Of a DNA stretch of 64,000 nucleotides, positions 23,661-36,151 are shown one piece after another. The position numbers and the translations under genes were made by a program. The notes under the pieces are model-generated. The model searched no databases, had not been told where the DNA came from, and saw only the letters and a program-made list of their open reading frames with translations. Source of the DNA: Tricharina praecox. Its lineage: Eukaryota. Within the stretch, counting starts at the first letter, position 1; each line of letters starts with the position of its first letter. The stretch covers positions 1,674,001 to 1,738,000 of the forward strand of contig NW_026250405.1 of the NCBI RefSeq assembly GCF_024521635.1, written 5' to 3'.

Positions 23661-26600
23661 ATGCGGAGCACCGCACCAACCCGGAACGACCGGCTACTGC
23701 CGCTTCCACCCACACTCCAGCCCCTACCACAATTGTCGCCTTCACTACTACCTCCATTACCCGTCGACGATCACCACCACCATACCCAAACCCAGACCCA
23801 TCCCCACCACGTACACTATCGCCAGAACCAGAATCGCGGTGGTGGCGACTGTTCGAATCTGACTTCCACAAACACCTCGCGGCAGACGTCGAACGCTTCG
23901 ATACACTCGATGCCTTTCAACGCTGTGAGCCGCAATTCCACACCTCCGACTCCGCTGTCGTCGCCAGGGCTGTTCCGACCGCCATCCCACCAACTGCTGC
24001 CGCAGCTCGACGGAACCGAGGAACCCGAGAAGCAGCACCTACACCCCTCGCAGTACCGCGCCGAAGAGGTCCGCGAAACCAAGGAGCTGGAAACGGACTA
24101 CGACCCGATATCGGGCAGGAAGACGATCAACCACTACGCCATCATCAACGAGATTGGCCGCGGCACGCACGGCAAGGTCAAGCTCGGGTACGACCTTATC
24201 CTTCGCGAGCACGTCGCCATCAAGATCGTTGAGCGTTCGCAGGGCCGCCCGCGGCTGGGTCGCAAGGGCGACGGAGGAGAGGGCTCCGAAACAAAGATCC
24301 GCCGCGAGATTGCGATCCTGAAGAAGATACGGCATGAGAATGTCGTGCGGCTTCTGGAAGTCATCGACGACGACCGGAGCAAGAAGGTCTACCTCGTGTT
24401 AGAATTCGTTGTCAAGGGCGAGGTCGTTTGGAGGAATACCGGCGACACCGATGTGATTCGTCGCGACCGTCTACGCCTCAAGCGGGAGATTGCCGCTGCA
24501 CGCGCGAAGTCCGCCGCCGCGAACGAGAAGAGTAATTTGAGCCAGCACGATGGAAAGCGGAAGAAGCATCGGCGGAAACGGACGAATACTTCTTTCTGGT
24601 CGTTGGAGTTTGCGTCTGACTCGGATGACGTGGAGTCGGACGAACCGACGTCGGACAGCGATTCGGTCATCAGTTTGGCGGAGGATGAGGAGGATTGGTT
24701 TGTTCCGGCGATGGAGATCGAGGCAGCCCGCCGATGTTTTAGGGATACTGTTGTCGGTCTGGACCACCTGCATTGGAACGGAATCATCCACCGAGATATC
24801 AAGCCCGCCAATCTGCTGTGGGATGACAACCAGGTCACCAAGATTTCCGATTTCGGTGTCAGCTTCCTGGGAAGGCCGATGCGCGAGGATGCCGACGAAG
24901 GAACCGAAGAGGACGAGCCCACGGGATACGAACAGGATGAGTTGGAGCTCGCGAAGACGGCTGGAACCCCGGCGTTTTTTGCTCCGGAATTGTGCTCAAT
25001 GGGTGAGTTGAGCTCTTTTTTTATCCTTTCATCTGTTCACGTATCGTAATGCACTTTAAGATTTCGCGCTGCTGTTGGGTCTCCGTCCGCTAACTGAAAA
25101 ATGCCTGGTCTCAGATGCCGCCGCTGCTAAGGTTCCGATCACGAGTGCTATCGATGTCTGGGCGTTGGGAATCACGCTCTTCTGCTTCATCTTCGGGCGC
25201 CTCCCCTTCATGGCGGAGTCCGAATTCAAGCTATTCAGATGCATCGCCGAAGAGGAGCTCGTCATTCCCCTGCGCCGGATCCGGCCACATAAGCCAGAGT
25301 TGGCGCCCGACCACATCTTGACGCCCGAGGAATTGGAGGAATATGAAACCGAGGCCGTTGACGAAGACCTACGCGATCTGATCAAGCGATTGCTGACCAA
25401 GAACCCCAGCAAGAGGATCCTGTTGAAGGAGGTTAAGCGTCACCCTTGGGTACTCCAGGGCATCAAGGATCCCATCGGCTGGGTGGACAAGACGGATCCG
25501 GAGCAGACTTCTCAGGGTAACAAGATTGAGGTCACCAGCGAGGATGTCGAGACGGCCGTTTCAGTTCCGAGTATTGTCAACAGGGCGAAAACCGCTATCC
25601 GCAAGGCCGCTGGTAGTTGGGTCAAGACTTTGCGAAAGAGGGGGAGCAGCACGGTTAGTATGCGCGACTCCAAGGCGAAGCATTTGGCGGACGTTCCCAG
25701 TGGTAGTGGTGGTGGTGGTGTCGGAGCCGGCAGTAGTAAGCAAGGTCAGCAGAAGACGTTTCTTAGTTCTACCGATAAGGATGGTGATCCAGAAAAAGAA
25801 TTGCAATGGATGGGAGGCGTGGAGGAACCGAGAGAAGACGAAACGCTGAATCCATTAGCTCCAAGCGGCACAAATTCCAATTCAGGATCCTCCGATACAG
25901 TCACCGTGCAAGCGCCGCAGAATGGTGGCGAGAATGAGTTTCATGATCAACAATGGTCTTCGGGCGTCACGGGCAGTCAATGGACGCAAGCACAAGCTCC
26001 ACCTGTGGCCGACAAGCGGCTCAGACGGAAGCAGTCGATGAGTCTACTCGGATACAACATCTTGAGACGCCACTCGTCGGTTTCGCACGATCCCAGTCGT
26101 TCCGTCAGGGCCAATCACAGAGCTCCGACCGAAGCGCCTCCGACCAGTCCTCAGGACGACACCCCTGCGAACCTTTTCAAGGCGGAAAGCACGGCGGCTC
26201 TCGCGTCGCCCTCGATTTCGAGGAGGGTGGTGCGTGGTACAAGGAGCGATGACTTTGCGCGCGCTGGCAGGAACAAGTCCATGTACGACGACAGCGGTCT
26301 TTTGACGGCGAGGGGAGTTCTCAGTGATGCCCTCCACCCCAAAGCCAACGGACCGGATTATGACACACTGCCCACCGGCAATCCCCAGCTCAGGAGTATC
26401 TACCAGCCACTCGACGTGGAGAATGGGATGCTGAACATTTGCCCCAAGTCGCCTGACTCGAACATGAAACAGAAGGTTGAACGACATCGCCGCGAGGAGC
26501 AGGAGCAAGCGAGACGTCGACTGGGCAAGGTCGATCTGGATGACGATCAGTTGGATCAGCCGTGTCCGCCAAGTCCCGATGACGACGCATCCCCGCAGCG

Positions 26601-27273
26601 GCTGTACGGCCAGGAGAACCAGCGGATGATGCTTGAGGAAAACGAGCGCCAACGATGTACATCATCTTACCGAACCCCAGACGGCTGGTCGCGCGAGAGC
26701 TTCTACCATCCAGCGAGAGACTATCCGACTCCTCCGATCGCCATGGGATCACGTTCGCGCGGATACTTTGATCCTCCGTCCCCAAAGAGTCATGCCGCCT
26801 TGGTTTCGTCCTCTAGTGACGAGAGATTCGTTACCACTGCCGGATCCAGTCTCACGAATTCCACCAGTTTCCCGAGCATCGCAACCGACCCGTCTTCGGT
26901 CTCGTCGGACATGTTCCTCAGCCACTACTCGCGTCGCGGATCCTTCGCGCCGCCTGACAATAGCTTCGACTGCGGCGACGACGACGACAGGTTCCGGTTG
27001 ATGCAGGCCCAGTCGTGCGGACGAAAGATGAGCGAGCTACTATTCCAGCACGAAGAGGACGACGAGGATAGCGGATCCGATTCCGAGGGTGGCTTCGTCA
27101 TGAAGGATACGCGGCGACCTAGACGCGCAAAGAGCGTCATGGTTGGAGACTTGGCGCGGAAGAGCGACGAGGCTAAAGACGCGGCTATCAAGAGGGGCAC
27201 TGCTACTCGCCCACGGCATCTCACTCGTGCTTCCGGCAGCACTAGCACCGTTAAGCCGGCTGCTGACGCTTAA
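23661..27273 (+). CDS. SAK1: Ser/Thr protein kinase of the CaMKK family (Snf1/AMPK-activating Sak1/Ssp1-like), ~1166 aa; exons 23661-25002, 25115-27273
   Basis: Kinase motifs GRGTHGKV, VAIK, REIAILKK, HRDIKPANLL, ISDFGVS, GTPAFFAPE, IDVWALGITL. N-terminal YDPISGRKTINHY and SKKVYLVLEF are typical of Sak1/Ssp1. Intron GTGAGT...GCTAAC...CAG (25003-25114). Start codon uncertain (23661 or a downstream ATG). Confidence 0.88.
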
Positions 27274-30114
27274 ACACTACCACCACCACCAGGTGTTTCG
27301 ATTCTATTCCGCCTCTTCCACCGTATACTCTCGATTCCTTTTGTACGTGTGTGCATGCGTGAGTTTATCCCCTATGTGCATGTCTATGTCCGTGTCGTTC
27401 AATTTCATCTTATCGCAGCGGGGTTGTTTTTTTCTCCTTCTCTTTCATCAACACCCCTAAACAAATGAAGTGACGAAATCTGGGAGGAAGGCGTTTTTCC
27501 TCTTCTTTTTTACCTGTTTACTGTTTACTGTTGATTATTGACTGTTTCCTACCTGTTTCCTGTTTATTATTCGAGATTGTTTCCTTGAACAATTCTCTTT
27601 TTTTTTTTTTTTTTTTTTGCCTGCGGGTGTGATATACCCGCTGTTGTTTTGTTTGACTGGGCGGGCGGGCGGGGGGATCTCTGGGGGGAGGGGGATCTTA
27701 GGGGGGGAGGGATGGTCTTTTGTAGATGTCTCAAGTCTCGAGTCTCGAGTTGGAGTTGGGAAGGGAAGGGGCATTATGTGGGGAATGTGGGGGTGGGATG
27801 GGGGGTGGGATGGGGGGAGGAATATTGTTACTTGTTACTTTTTACTTTGGTGGCTGGCTGGGTGGCTGGGTCGTTGGTGGTTGCATTTTATCATAAGGAA
27901 GGGACATCACTGAGCATTCATTGGCATTGGGTTTTTTTCTTTTCTCTTTCTTTCTTTCTTCCACTGTTTCTTCCGTTGTTTCTGCTTGCTTGCTTGCTTT
28001 ATTTGAAGGAGGGTTGTGGGTTGTGGGTTGTAGGAGGATTGTGTTGCTATGATGTTTGAGTACTGTCTGTCTGTTTCTGTCTGTTTCTTAGATTGGAACG
28101 GAGTTGGTGAGGTCTTTGGGTATTTGTGTATTAGGGGTATTAGGGGTATTTGGGGTATTTGGGGGGTTTTGCATGGGTGGGGTGCGGTAATGAAATCATG
28201 GGGGAGGGGGATTTTGTCGATTCTTGAATTTTGATCGTGATGATCGTCGTGGGCGGATGTGGTGTGAGAAATCGTGATCGTCGCACTAGTTATAACAGAC
28301 AGAGTCACATGCCACATACCTACTCTCCACGCCGCCCGAGGCGACAGAAAAGACGAGGAGTCGGTATCCATCCCATCCAGCCATCCCATCCAGCCAGGAA
28401 ACGCAGCCTACTTTGCAATGTTTGCAACGGAATGGCAGGCCGGCGGCAGCAACGCTGTGGCCTTCGATATCTACGGAGTACAGACAAGACCGAAGCCATG
28501 CTTCAATGATGCTGCTGACACGGGAAAGGAAAGGTAACTGGGACTAGATTCACCAGACAGTTGAGGGAGACGGGAGGGAGACGGAATGGAGACTGAAAGG
28601 AGATGGAAGGGAGACGGAAGGGAGGTCAGATTCAATGGACCGCAACTCGGAACGCAACTCGAGGGCTAGGTAGGCTAAATAGGCTAGGTAGGTAGGCATC
28701 TGGAGTGATGCGGAACTCAACCCCAAGCAAGGCTCACCACCACACCACCACACGATGATGAAGAAGACTATCCTCCCCCAACAACAGAGCAAGGCGATAC
28801 GTCCATAATGTACGCTCTACGAACCGCTAGCCTACATAAACAAGCCTACATACATGCCAGAAGGCGACAAGACTAGCCAGGCCAGCTGGCCAGCCAGCTC
28901 ATCACATCAAGTCTGCAAGCGCACTAGATACATAGGCAAACGTCTAAGCCTACCGGTACCGGTATGGCTGGGACTGGCTGGGACTGAGCGGAAGTCTGGA
29001 AGTCTGGAAAACGTGAAACGACAAGACAAGACAGTCCTGTGCGAAGCCTCACCTTGTCTCTCGGAGCCGCCAAACTCGGAGCGGCCACAGTCATCGCAGA
29101 CCCCCGGGGGGCGGCAAAGAAAGAAAAGAAGCGGAAACCCCTCGGCCCGGGCTCACCATATGTGTGGACAGATGGATCGCGGTTGGAGAATGGAGGATGG
29201 AGGATGGAGGACCGCGGCTTGAGCATGCGGATAGGTACGGTACGGTGCTCAGTGGTGTGGGTGGGGAAGAGGCACGAGTTCCGGCCAGCTGGCGAGGGGA
29301 CAAAGTCCATATGTATAGGTTAAGACCAAGAGGCCTACACAACTACGACGCGGAGTGCGCTGCCATTGTTGCCATCGTAAGGGCGCTGGAAACGGCGGCA
29401 GACCCTGGAGCGTGGCACCGTCTTCACGGACGCCGGCCCAGGCAGCAATACCTAGATATTGCGAATGAGGTCCCTCGACGTCGGCCTGGCCAGCAATATG
29501 CCATGCCATCCAAGCAGGGGAATGGCGTGCCAGAATCAAGTACCTAGTGGAGAGCTCCGGTGGTGTCCCGCCCACGCCACGAGGTATAGAAGGAAACGAA
29601 ATAGCAAATGAAATGGGTGAGCCAAACTCGCGGCGGAAGAGCCAGACAGACAACATGGAGTAGGTACATAGAATGGCTCCGGCAAGGTGACGGATACCGT
29701 ATGGACGCCCCTTCCGATCCGGCATCTTACTGGCACATCTCGAGAGGCGGATCAGCGACGAGAAATGGAGAGAGGCCTAGGTACATACATATCAGTGGTC
29801 ATTGTCGCGGACCAAGAATCTACCTACCTCCGGTACGACACTACGTACGTAAGGGGCCCCCAGAAAAGACCCCCGAGTCGCTCCCAGCCAATGCGCCAAA
29901 TAACACCTGAAGTGGATCAAGAAGCTGGTGGTGTAATAGACCAACCAACCAAGCAATCGCGAGAGCACTTTTTCTAACACTGCTCGCGGTGGAGAAGCCG
30001 GCAGAAAGCCAGCAGAAAGCCATAAGGTATGGGCGAAGGTTGGGAAGCAGACAAATAGAAGGAATGAGAGGTGGTCAATAGCGGAGCTGTTCGCTGACGA
30101 GCGGTGCAGCGATG

Positions 30115-30202
30115 CGATTTTAGGGAAGGAGTGCGATGGTTCGCCATAGTCTGGATAGATAGGCTGCATGCGAAATAAATTGAAGATCTCTCTCTCTCTC
30201 TC
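30115..30202 (-). repeat. Isolated end of the MITE-like family seen at 46777-47082
   Basis: Reverse complement (AGAGAGAGAGATCTTCAATTTATTTCGCATGCAGCCT...AGACTATGGCGA) matches 46777-46830. Confidence 0.75.
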
Positions 30203-30588
30203 TATACACACGCCGCTCACTCGCCACAGTCAGAAGTTGAATACGAAAAATGATCAATCGAGCGCTCGAACCCCTATTCCGAGATGTAGACAGCAAACCC
30301 ATCCGACACAAGCGCTCGACTCACAGCTGTGTGTATTTTTCAATTGTGGCACTTTTTTTTTTTGTTGACTGCGTTTGTGCGGTGGTGCGTTGTGTGGGGC
30401 AAAAAAAAATCACACTTTAAACTTCAACTTGTAACCATCACTCACACACCCCCGCCCCGCACCGCACCGCCGCTATCCACATCCCCGCGAATCAACGAAT
30501 CAACGAATCAACGAATCGATAAATCAACGAAGCGAGCAATCAACGAATTGATCAAATCGAGAAGAACCGCGAGCTGCAAGCAGCAATC

Positions 30589-33003
30589 ATGGCGCCCCAC
30601 AGTAATTACGAGGAGGATGGCGACCTCGAGGAGGAGATCGATTTCTCTGGTGGGTTTTATCATCTCTCTCGATTGAGGACGGGGCAAGGATTGGGTGATT
30701 GAGGAGGGCCAAGGGCTGATGAACTCCGGCAGATCTCAAGGAGCAGTACGAAGTCCGTCTCGACGAGGGCCTCGACACGTTCGTGGTCGTCGACGGATGT
30801 CCCAGCGTCACCGAGGAGAACAAGCCCAAGCTCGTCAAGTTCCTGTGCAAGAAGTTGAGCGACGTCGGAAAGGTCAAGCCCGATAGCGTGTTTATGCCCA
30901 TCGATGAGGCGACCGGGCAGACTGAAGGGTGAGTTTGATGGATGGGGGTGGTGGCGGTGATGGCGATGGGTGCTGATGGTGCATGGCAGGTATGCGTTCG
31001 TCGAGTACGAGACCCCCGAACAGGCGCAGGCGGCGTGCAAGAAGCTCAACGGCATGGCGCTCGACAAGAAACACACCATCTACATCAACAAGCTCACGGA
31101 CATCGAGCACTTTGGGCGCGAGGGCCGGGTCAAAGAGGAGTACGAGGAGCCGCCGATCGAGCCGTTCGTCGAGCAGGAGCACCTGCGTTCGTGGCTGTCC
31201 GAGCCGAACGCGAGGGACCAGATGATCATGTTCCGGGGCGAGAGCGTCGGTGTGTTCCTCAACAGGAAGAAGGATGCTCCCGAACAGGTGGTGGATCGCG
31301 TGCACTGGACCGAGAGCTTTGTGCAGTGGTCCCCCATGGGAACGTACTTGACGTCGATCCATGCCCAGGGTGTGCAGCTGTGGGGTGGTGCGAGCTGGAA
31401 GAGGATCAGGAGGTTCGCGCATCCGTTTGTGAACCTTGTCGATTACTCGCCCAACGAGAGGTATCTCGTCACCTGGAGCAACAAGCCGATCGTTATCCCC
31501 GATGTCATCCCGCCCAACTTCCCGTTGTCGGTCGATGAGGATGGAAAGAACTTCATCATCTGGGATATCAAGACTGGAAACGTCGTCCGTTCGTTCGCCA
31601 GCATCGACACCCCCGAGTCCGCCGACAAGGGACGCAAGAAGATCTCGTGGCCCAGCTTCAAATGGTCGTCCGACGACAAGTACGTTGCGCGTGTCGTGCC
31701 CGGCCAGTCCGTCCAGGTATACCAGACTCCGGAGATGACGCTGCTCGACAAGAAATCCATCAAGATTGAGGGTGTCGTCGACTTTGAGTGGCAGCCGGCC
31801 GTTCCCGTCGCCGGAAAGGGCAAGCCCCAGGCCGAGCAGCTCTTCTGCTACTGGACTCCCGAGATGAACAACCAGACCGCCAGGGCTGGTCTCATGAGCA
31901 TCCCTAGCAGGGAGATCGTGCGGACACGGAATTTGGTCAACGTCTCGGACTGCAAGCTTCACTGGCAGAGCGAGGGTAAATACCTTTGCGTCAAGGTCGA
32001 CCGTCACACCAAGACCAAGAAGTCCAACTACACTTCGCTCGAGTTCTTCCGTGTCACCGAGAAGAACATCCCCGTCGAGATCGTTGAGCTGAAGCAGGTC
32101 GTCGTCAACTTCTCGTGGGAGCCCAAGGGTGACCGCTTCGTGTTCATCACCACTGACGAGGCCGTCGCCGGCGCCATCGTCGCACCCAAGACCAATGTCC
32201 ACTTCTACGCACCCGAGAAGATCAAGAATGGTGTCGGCGAGTGGATGTGCGCCAAGACGGTTGAGAAGAAGAACTCGAACGCCATCTACTGGGCACCCAA
32301 GGGCCGAATCGTGGTCATCGCCACCGTGCACTCGCAGCAGAGCTTCGAGCTCGAGTTCTGGGATATGGACTTTGAGGGTGAGAAGCAGAAGCAGGAGAAG
32401 GTTCCCGCGAACAAAGAGCTGGCCTGCAACATCATGCTCATGTCGACCGCTGAGCACTACGGTGTTACCGACGTCGAGTGGGATCCCACTGGACGGTACG
32501 TGGCTACTAGTGCTAGTGCATGGAAGCACCAGGTACGTACAGATTCTTCCACCCCCGCATTGTCTCGCCGCGGATATACTGATGATTGTCTGTGACTGTG
32601 ACTGCAGATGGAGAACGGCTACCACCTCTACGACTTCAAGGGAGCCCTCCTCCGCGAGGAGCACATAGAGCGCTTCAACCAGTTCCTGTGGCGTCCCCGC
32701 CCGCCGACCATGCTCAGCAAGGAGGAGCAAAAGACGATCCGCAAGAACCTGCGCGAGTACTCCCGGCAGTTCGACGAGGAGGACGAGTTCGAGCGCGACA
32801 CGGCGACCAAGGAGGTGGTCGAGGCGCGCAAGAGGCTGCTCAACGAGTGGATCGCGTGGCGCGAGCGCGTCGAGAAGGAGCTCGAGCGCGAGCGCGCAGA
32901 GGTCGGATGGACCCCGCCCGTCAAGGATACCGACGAGGAGGACGCTGTCGTCGAGGAAATTGTCGAGGAGGTCATTGCCGAGACAGAGGAGGAGATCCAA
33001 TAG
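30589..33003 (+). CDS. PRT1: Eukaryotic translation initiation factor 3 subunit B (Prt1), ~731 aa; exons 30589-30649, 30733-30928, 30990-32532, 32608-33003
   Basis: RRM ([12 protein letters not shown]...[13 protein letters not shown]), WD-like propeller ([38 protein letters not shown]) and C-terminal [27 protein letters not shown]; three canonical introns restore one frame. Confidence 0.96.
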
Positions 33004-33121
33004 ATGTTTTTTCTTTTTCGTTCTTGACGATGTGCACGATGTGGGATAAAAATTTGTGTATTTTTGAGTTCTGGTTTCTTTGTTTCTGGGGGGATTTGGG
33101 AGGATTGGGGTGAATCGATGG

Positions 33122-33466
33122 TGTTTGTTTACAGCTTAATGAGTGGTTCGACCTGGTGCTTTGTGCTCTTTGATTGGACTTTGCTTGATATGGACTCAAT
33201 TCATCTGGACGGATGGACGTTGCTTGACACAAACCCAACCCAACCCACCTAGACGGATGGACATTTCCTTGCAACTTTCCCATCTCCATCTGATGTTTGT
33301 TTACAGATTAATGAGTGGTTCGACCTGGTGCTTTGTGCTCTTTGATTGGACTTTGCTTGATATGGACTCAATCCATCTAGACGGATGGGACGTTGCTTGA
33401 TGCAAATCCAACCCATCTACCATCGTAGGTAGACGGATTGACATTTCTTTGCAACTGTCCCATCTG
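33122..33466 (-). repeat. Two tandem ~172-bp units of repeat family A, 3' of PRT1
   Basis: TGTTTGTTTACAG(C/A)TTAATGAGTGGTTCGACCTGGTGCTTTGTGCTCTTTGATTGGAC recurs at 33122 and 33294. Confidence 0.92.
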
Positions 33467-33715
33467 TTGAGTTGGATGTCCGGAATGTATAGGACGACGA
33501 CGGTAGCAATGCTGACAGCCTGACTGATAGAAAGAATGCTGACTGAAGATGGCAGCAGCGAGCAGCGTCTTCGGCCGGCCGAGTATTTGGTCCGGTAGAG
33601 TAGACACACACGGGCTCGATATAACTAGCCTTGATATTTTTGTTTTTTTTAATCATTAATACTTACGACCCACAAGCTAGATCATAGAAATATACATACT
33701 CTGGTTCCACGCCGC

Positions 33716-34078
33716 TGTCCAACCCAACCTTCATCGAGCGGCTCGATGTGGCATTCGAAACTGCGATGCAAGATTTCTGCATCATGTGCGATCACTCGCA
33801 GAGCGAGTGATGTAGTGTGCCAGACCCTAGCAAAAGTTCGAAATGAGGTGGGGAACCACCGCCAATAACAAAAACAAAAACCTTCACCACCCCTCGGTGG
33901 ATGGCTTGGAAACAACCCGGGAATTGAGCTGGTGTTCAGGCTTCATCCCTCCGCTAGGTACGTGACCGCTAGGTCACGTGGGGGGGGAGGGGGGGGGTTT
34001 CTGTGATGGAAGAAGCGTTGGGTAGGTTATAAACTGGTGTCGTGTCCAACTCGAATTTCATCGAGCGGCCCGTTGTAG
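33716..34078 (+). repeat. Longest copy of repeat family B, bounded by a ~35-bp imperfect direct repeat
   Basis: Hairpin ATCACTCGC-AGA-GCGAGTGAT at 33791-33811; TGTCCAAC...TTCATCGAGCGGC at 33716 and 34043. Confidence 0.75.
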
Positions 34079-35091
34079 CTTTCCCTGCCTTCCGTCTTGG
34101 CCTTTCCCGATAATATATGAACGCACCAAACAAATAACACTAGGAAATGACAATCGCTCCCTCGACTCGTCCGTATTCCGCCGCGAGTCCCAAATCTGCC
34201 TCGCCGCCTCCTGCCGGTCCAAAAGGAGTTGCCACGAATGGGGCTGCAGCGAGGAGGAAAAACGGGTGTTGTAGAGTACTGGGAGAGCTGTCGGCGGAAG
34301 GAGGCAGCGAGAGGTGGACATATCGGCGGGAGGAAGCCAATGGGGTTAGTAGGTAGCACTAGCGTTGGGGGGTCTACCTGCTTCTGCTTCCTCTCCATCT
34401 TCTTCTTTCTATCATCATCATCATCCAAATAGACGATCAACCCTCACATCTTCTCTTTCCTCCGTGTATGCTTTCCTCTAGATCCCGCCTCCAGCCTGGA
34501 GGGGTGACCCGGGTTCCTCAACTTCAGCACCCTCCTCCTCCCTCTCTTCCCGCTCCCTAGCTCTGACTCGGACACCTCACTTCCTGCATCTTCCTCATTG
34601 GCCTTTGGGATCTGCCTGTCCATATAAGTGGAGGAGAGGAAGCCGAGGATGGCCTGGCTGCACCGCTCCTCTGCGAAGAGGTCTCGGATTTAAAAGCGGT
34701 ACTTACCCCTTCCGTCTCCCCCCGGACTTGTACCCATAGTATATTTTGCTGACTTGTGCAAGTTTAACTCTGATCCGCCCATCGACCACCACCCACCGTC
34801 CTCCGTCCTCTGCTCCGAGTGAGATTCTGTGTGTGCCGCAACGGCGCCGACGCTTTCTCCCTTCCGGGACGCCCAGCCCAGCCAGTGCAGAGGCTTACAT
34901 CCTCTGCATAGGCCGCAGACGGCGGTGCGGTACACGCCACGCACAGCGAGCGGAGGATCTCTGTTCGGATCCGTTCCGACGGGTCATCGGCCATCGGCCA
35001 CGCGGAGCCACGCACGAGCAAACACGCCACACCATGCGTACAATACACACCGCCGGAGAAGATGCAACCGCGTCCACCGCCCGAGAATGCC

Positions 35092-35161
35092 AGCCTCCAG
35101 AGTTGCGTCTCGAGCCTCCAGAGTTGCGTCTCGAGCCTCCAGAGTTGCGTCTCGAGCCTCC
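35092..35161. repeat. 21-bp tandem repeat (GCCTCCAGAGTTGCGTCTCGA) x3
   Basis: Direct reading. Confidence 0.92.
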
Positions 35162-36151
35162 GCCGGCCGCGGCTCGTGCCTCGACAGGAGCGGCTGACGC
35201 GCTAGCGACACTTGTTGGAAGGTAGTCGAATGCGCTTGTTCGAGGGCGGCAAGAAATGGAAGTGAAGTCACGGGAGACGACCATGTGCGGTGGAAAGCGT
35301 CGGTCGAGATATCTGAGCTCCTGAGCTCTTGGTTGAACAGAAGTGTAGGTAGCCTGGTTGTGCTAGACTGCCACGAGAAGCACGGATGAAGTCGGCCATG
35401 CTGATTATTGTGATAATAGTTGGTTGGTTGAGGGCCCCTGTAGGCTGGTGGGCCCGGAGCTGGAACGCCGGCGGCCTGTGGTCGTGAGTGCGGCGGCACG
35501 ATCTGAAGGCTGAAGCTGGAGTCGACGGACGTCTGAATAGACTTTTGGATAGACTCTCCTCATTCCTTGGACAAGCCCGAAAGGGTCAGGGCCATAAGCA
35601 CGAGTGCCTTTAACGCTCAAAGGGACGGAGATGCAAAGCAAGTACTATGCGTTTTGCTTCCACGCCACCGCCGCTTCCAGGACCAGCCGCAATTGGATGA
35701 TTGATCGGATGATCCGGCAGCGACTGGAAACGACGGCAGAATTTTAAGCTCCAGTGTTTTGGGATGAGTCGAGCCGAGTCGTCCGACTAATGAGTCACGA
35801 CGTCGTCGTGGTGGTGGCGGGAGGCGAAAGTGGACTACCACTATAAGAGCAATGGTGGGCCGTCACAACGCACGTCCACCGCATATCACATAACCGTCAC
35901 CAGCTGGAATCTCTTCTGCTTCACGCTTCACGCTTCACTTTGGCATCGTCGCAACCTTCCCTTCGCCAAGAAAATATAATGTACCTCGCTAACGCAAAGA
36001 GACCAAACACCCCGCTCACAATTAGCTCTCCAACACGATCGGCACGATGTCTGGACGGCCAGACAAACGCAGCACACAGCACAGCACAACACAGCGGACC
36101 ACTATAAAATAACAACAACCGCAATAACAATAAATCCGTAACAGTCCGCCA

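Noticed and set aside
30892..33000. 702-aa antisense ORF over PRT1
   Set aside because: Shadow ORF expected from the strong C/G third-position bias of the sense gene; no recognisable domain.
33122..33160. tRNA gene or tRNA-derived SINE in family A (GGTTCGACC)
   Set aside because: No cloverleaf, and the A-box-like segment is too close to the B-box-like one; kept only as a remark.
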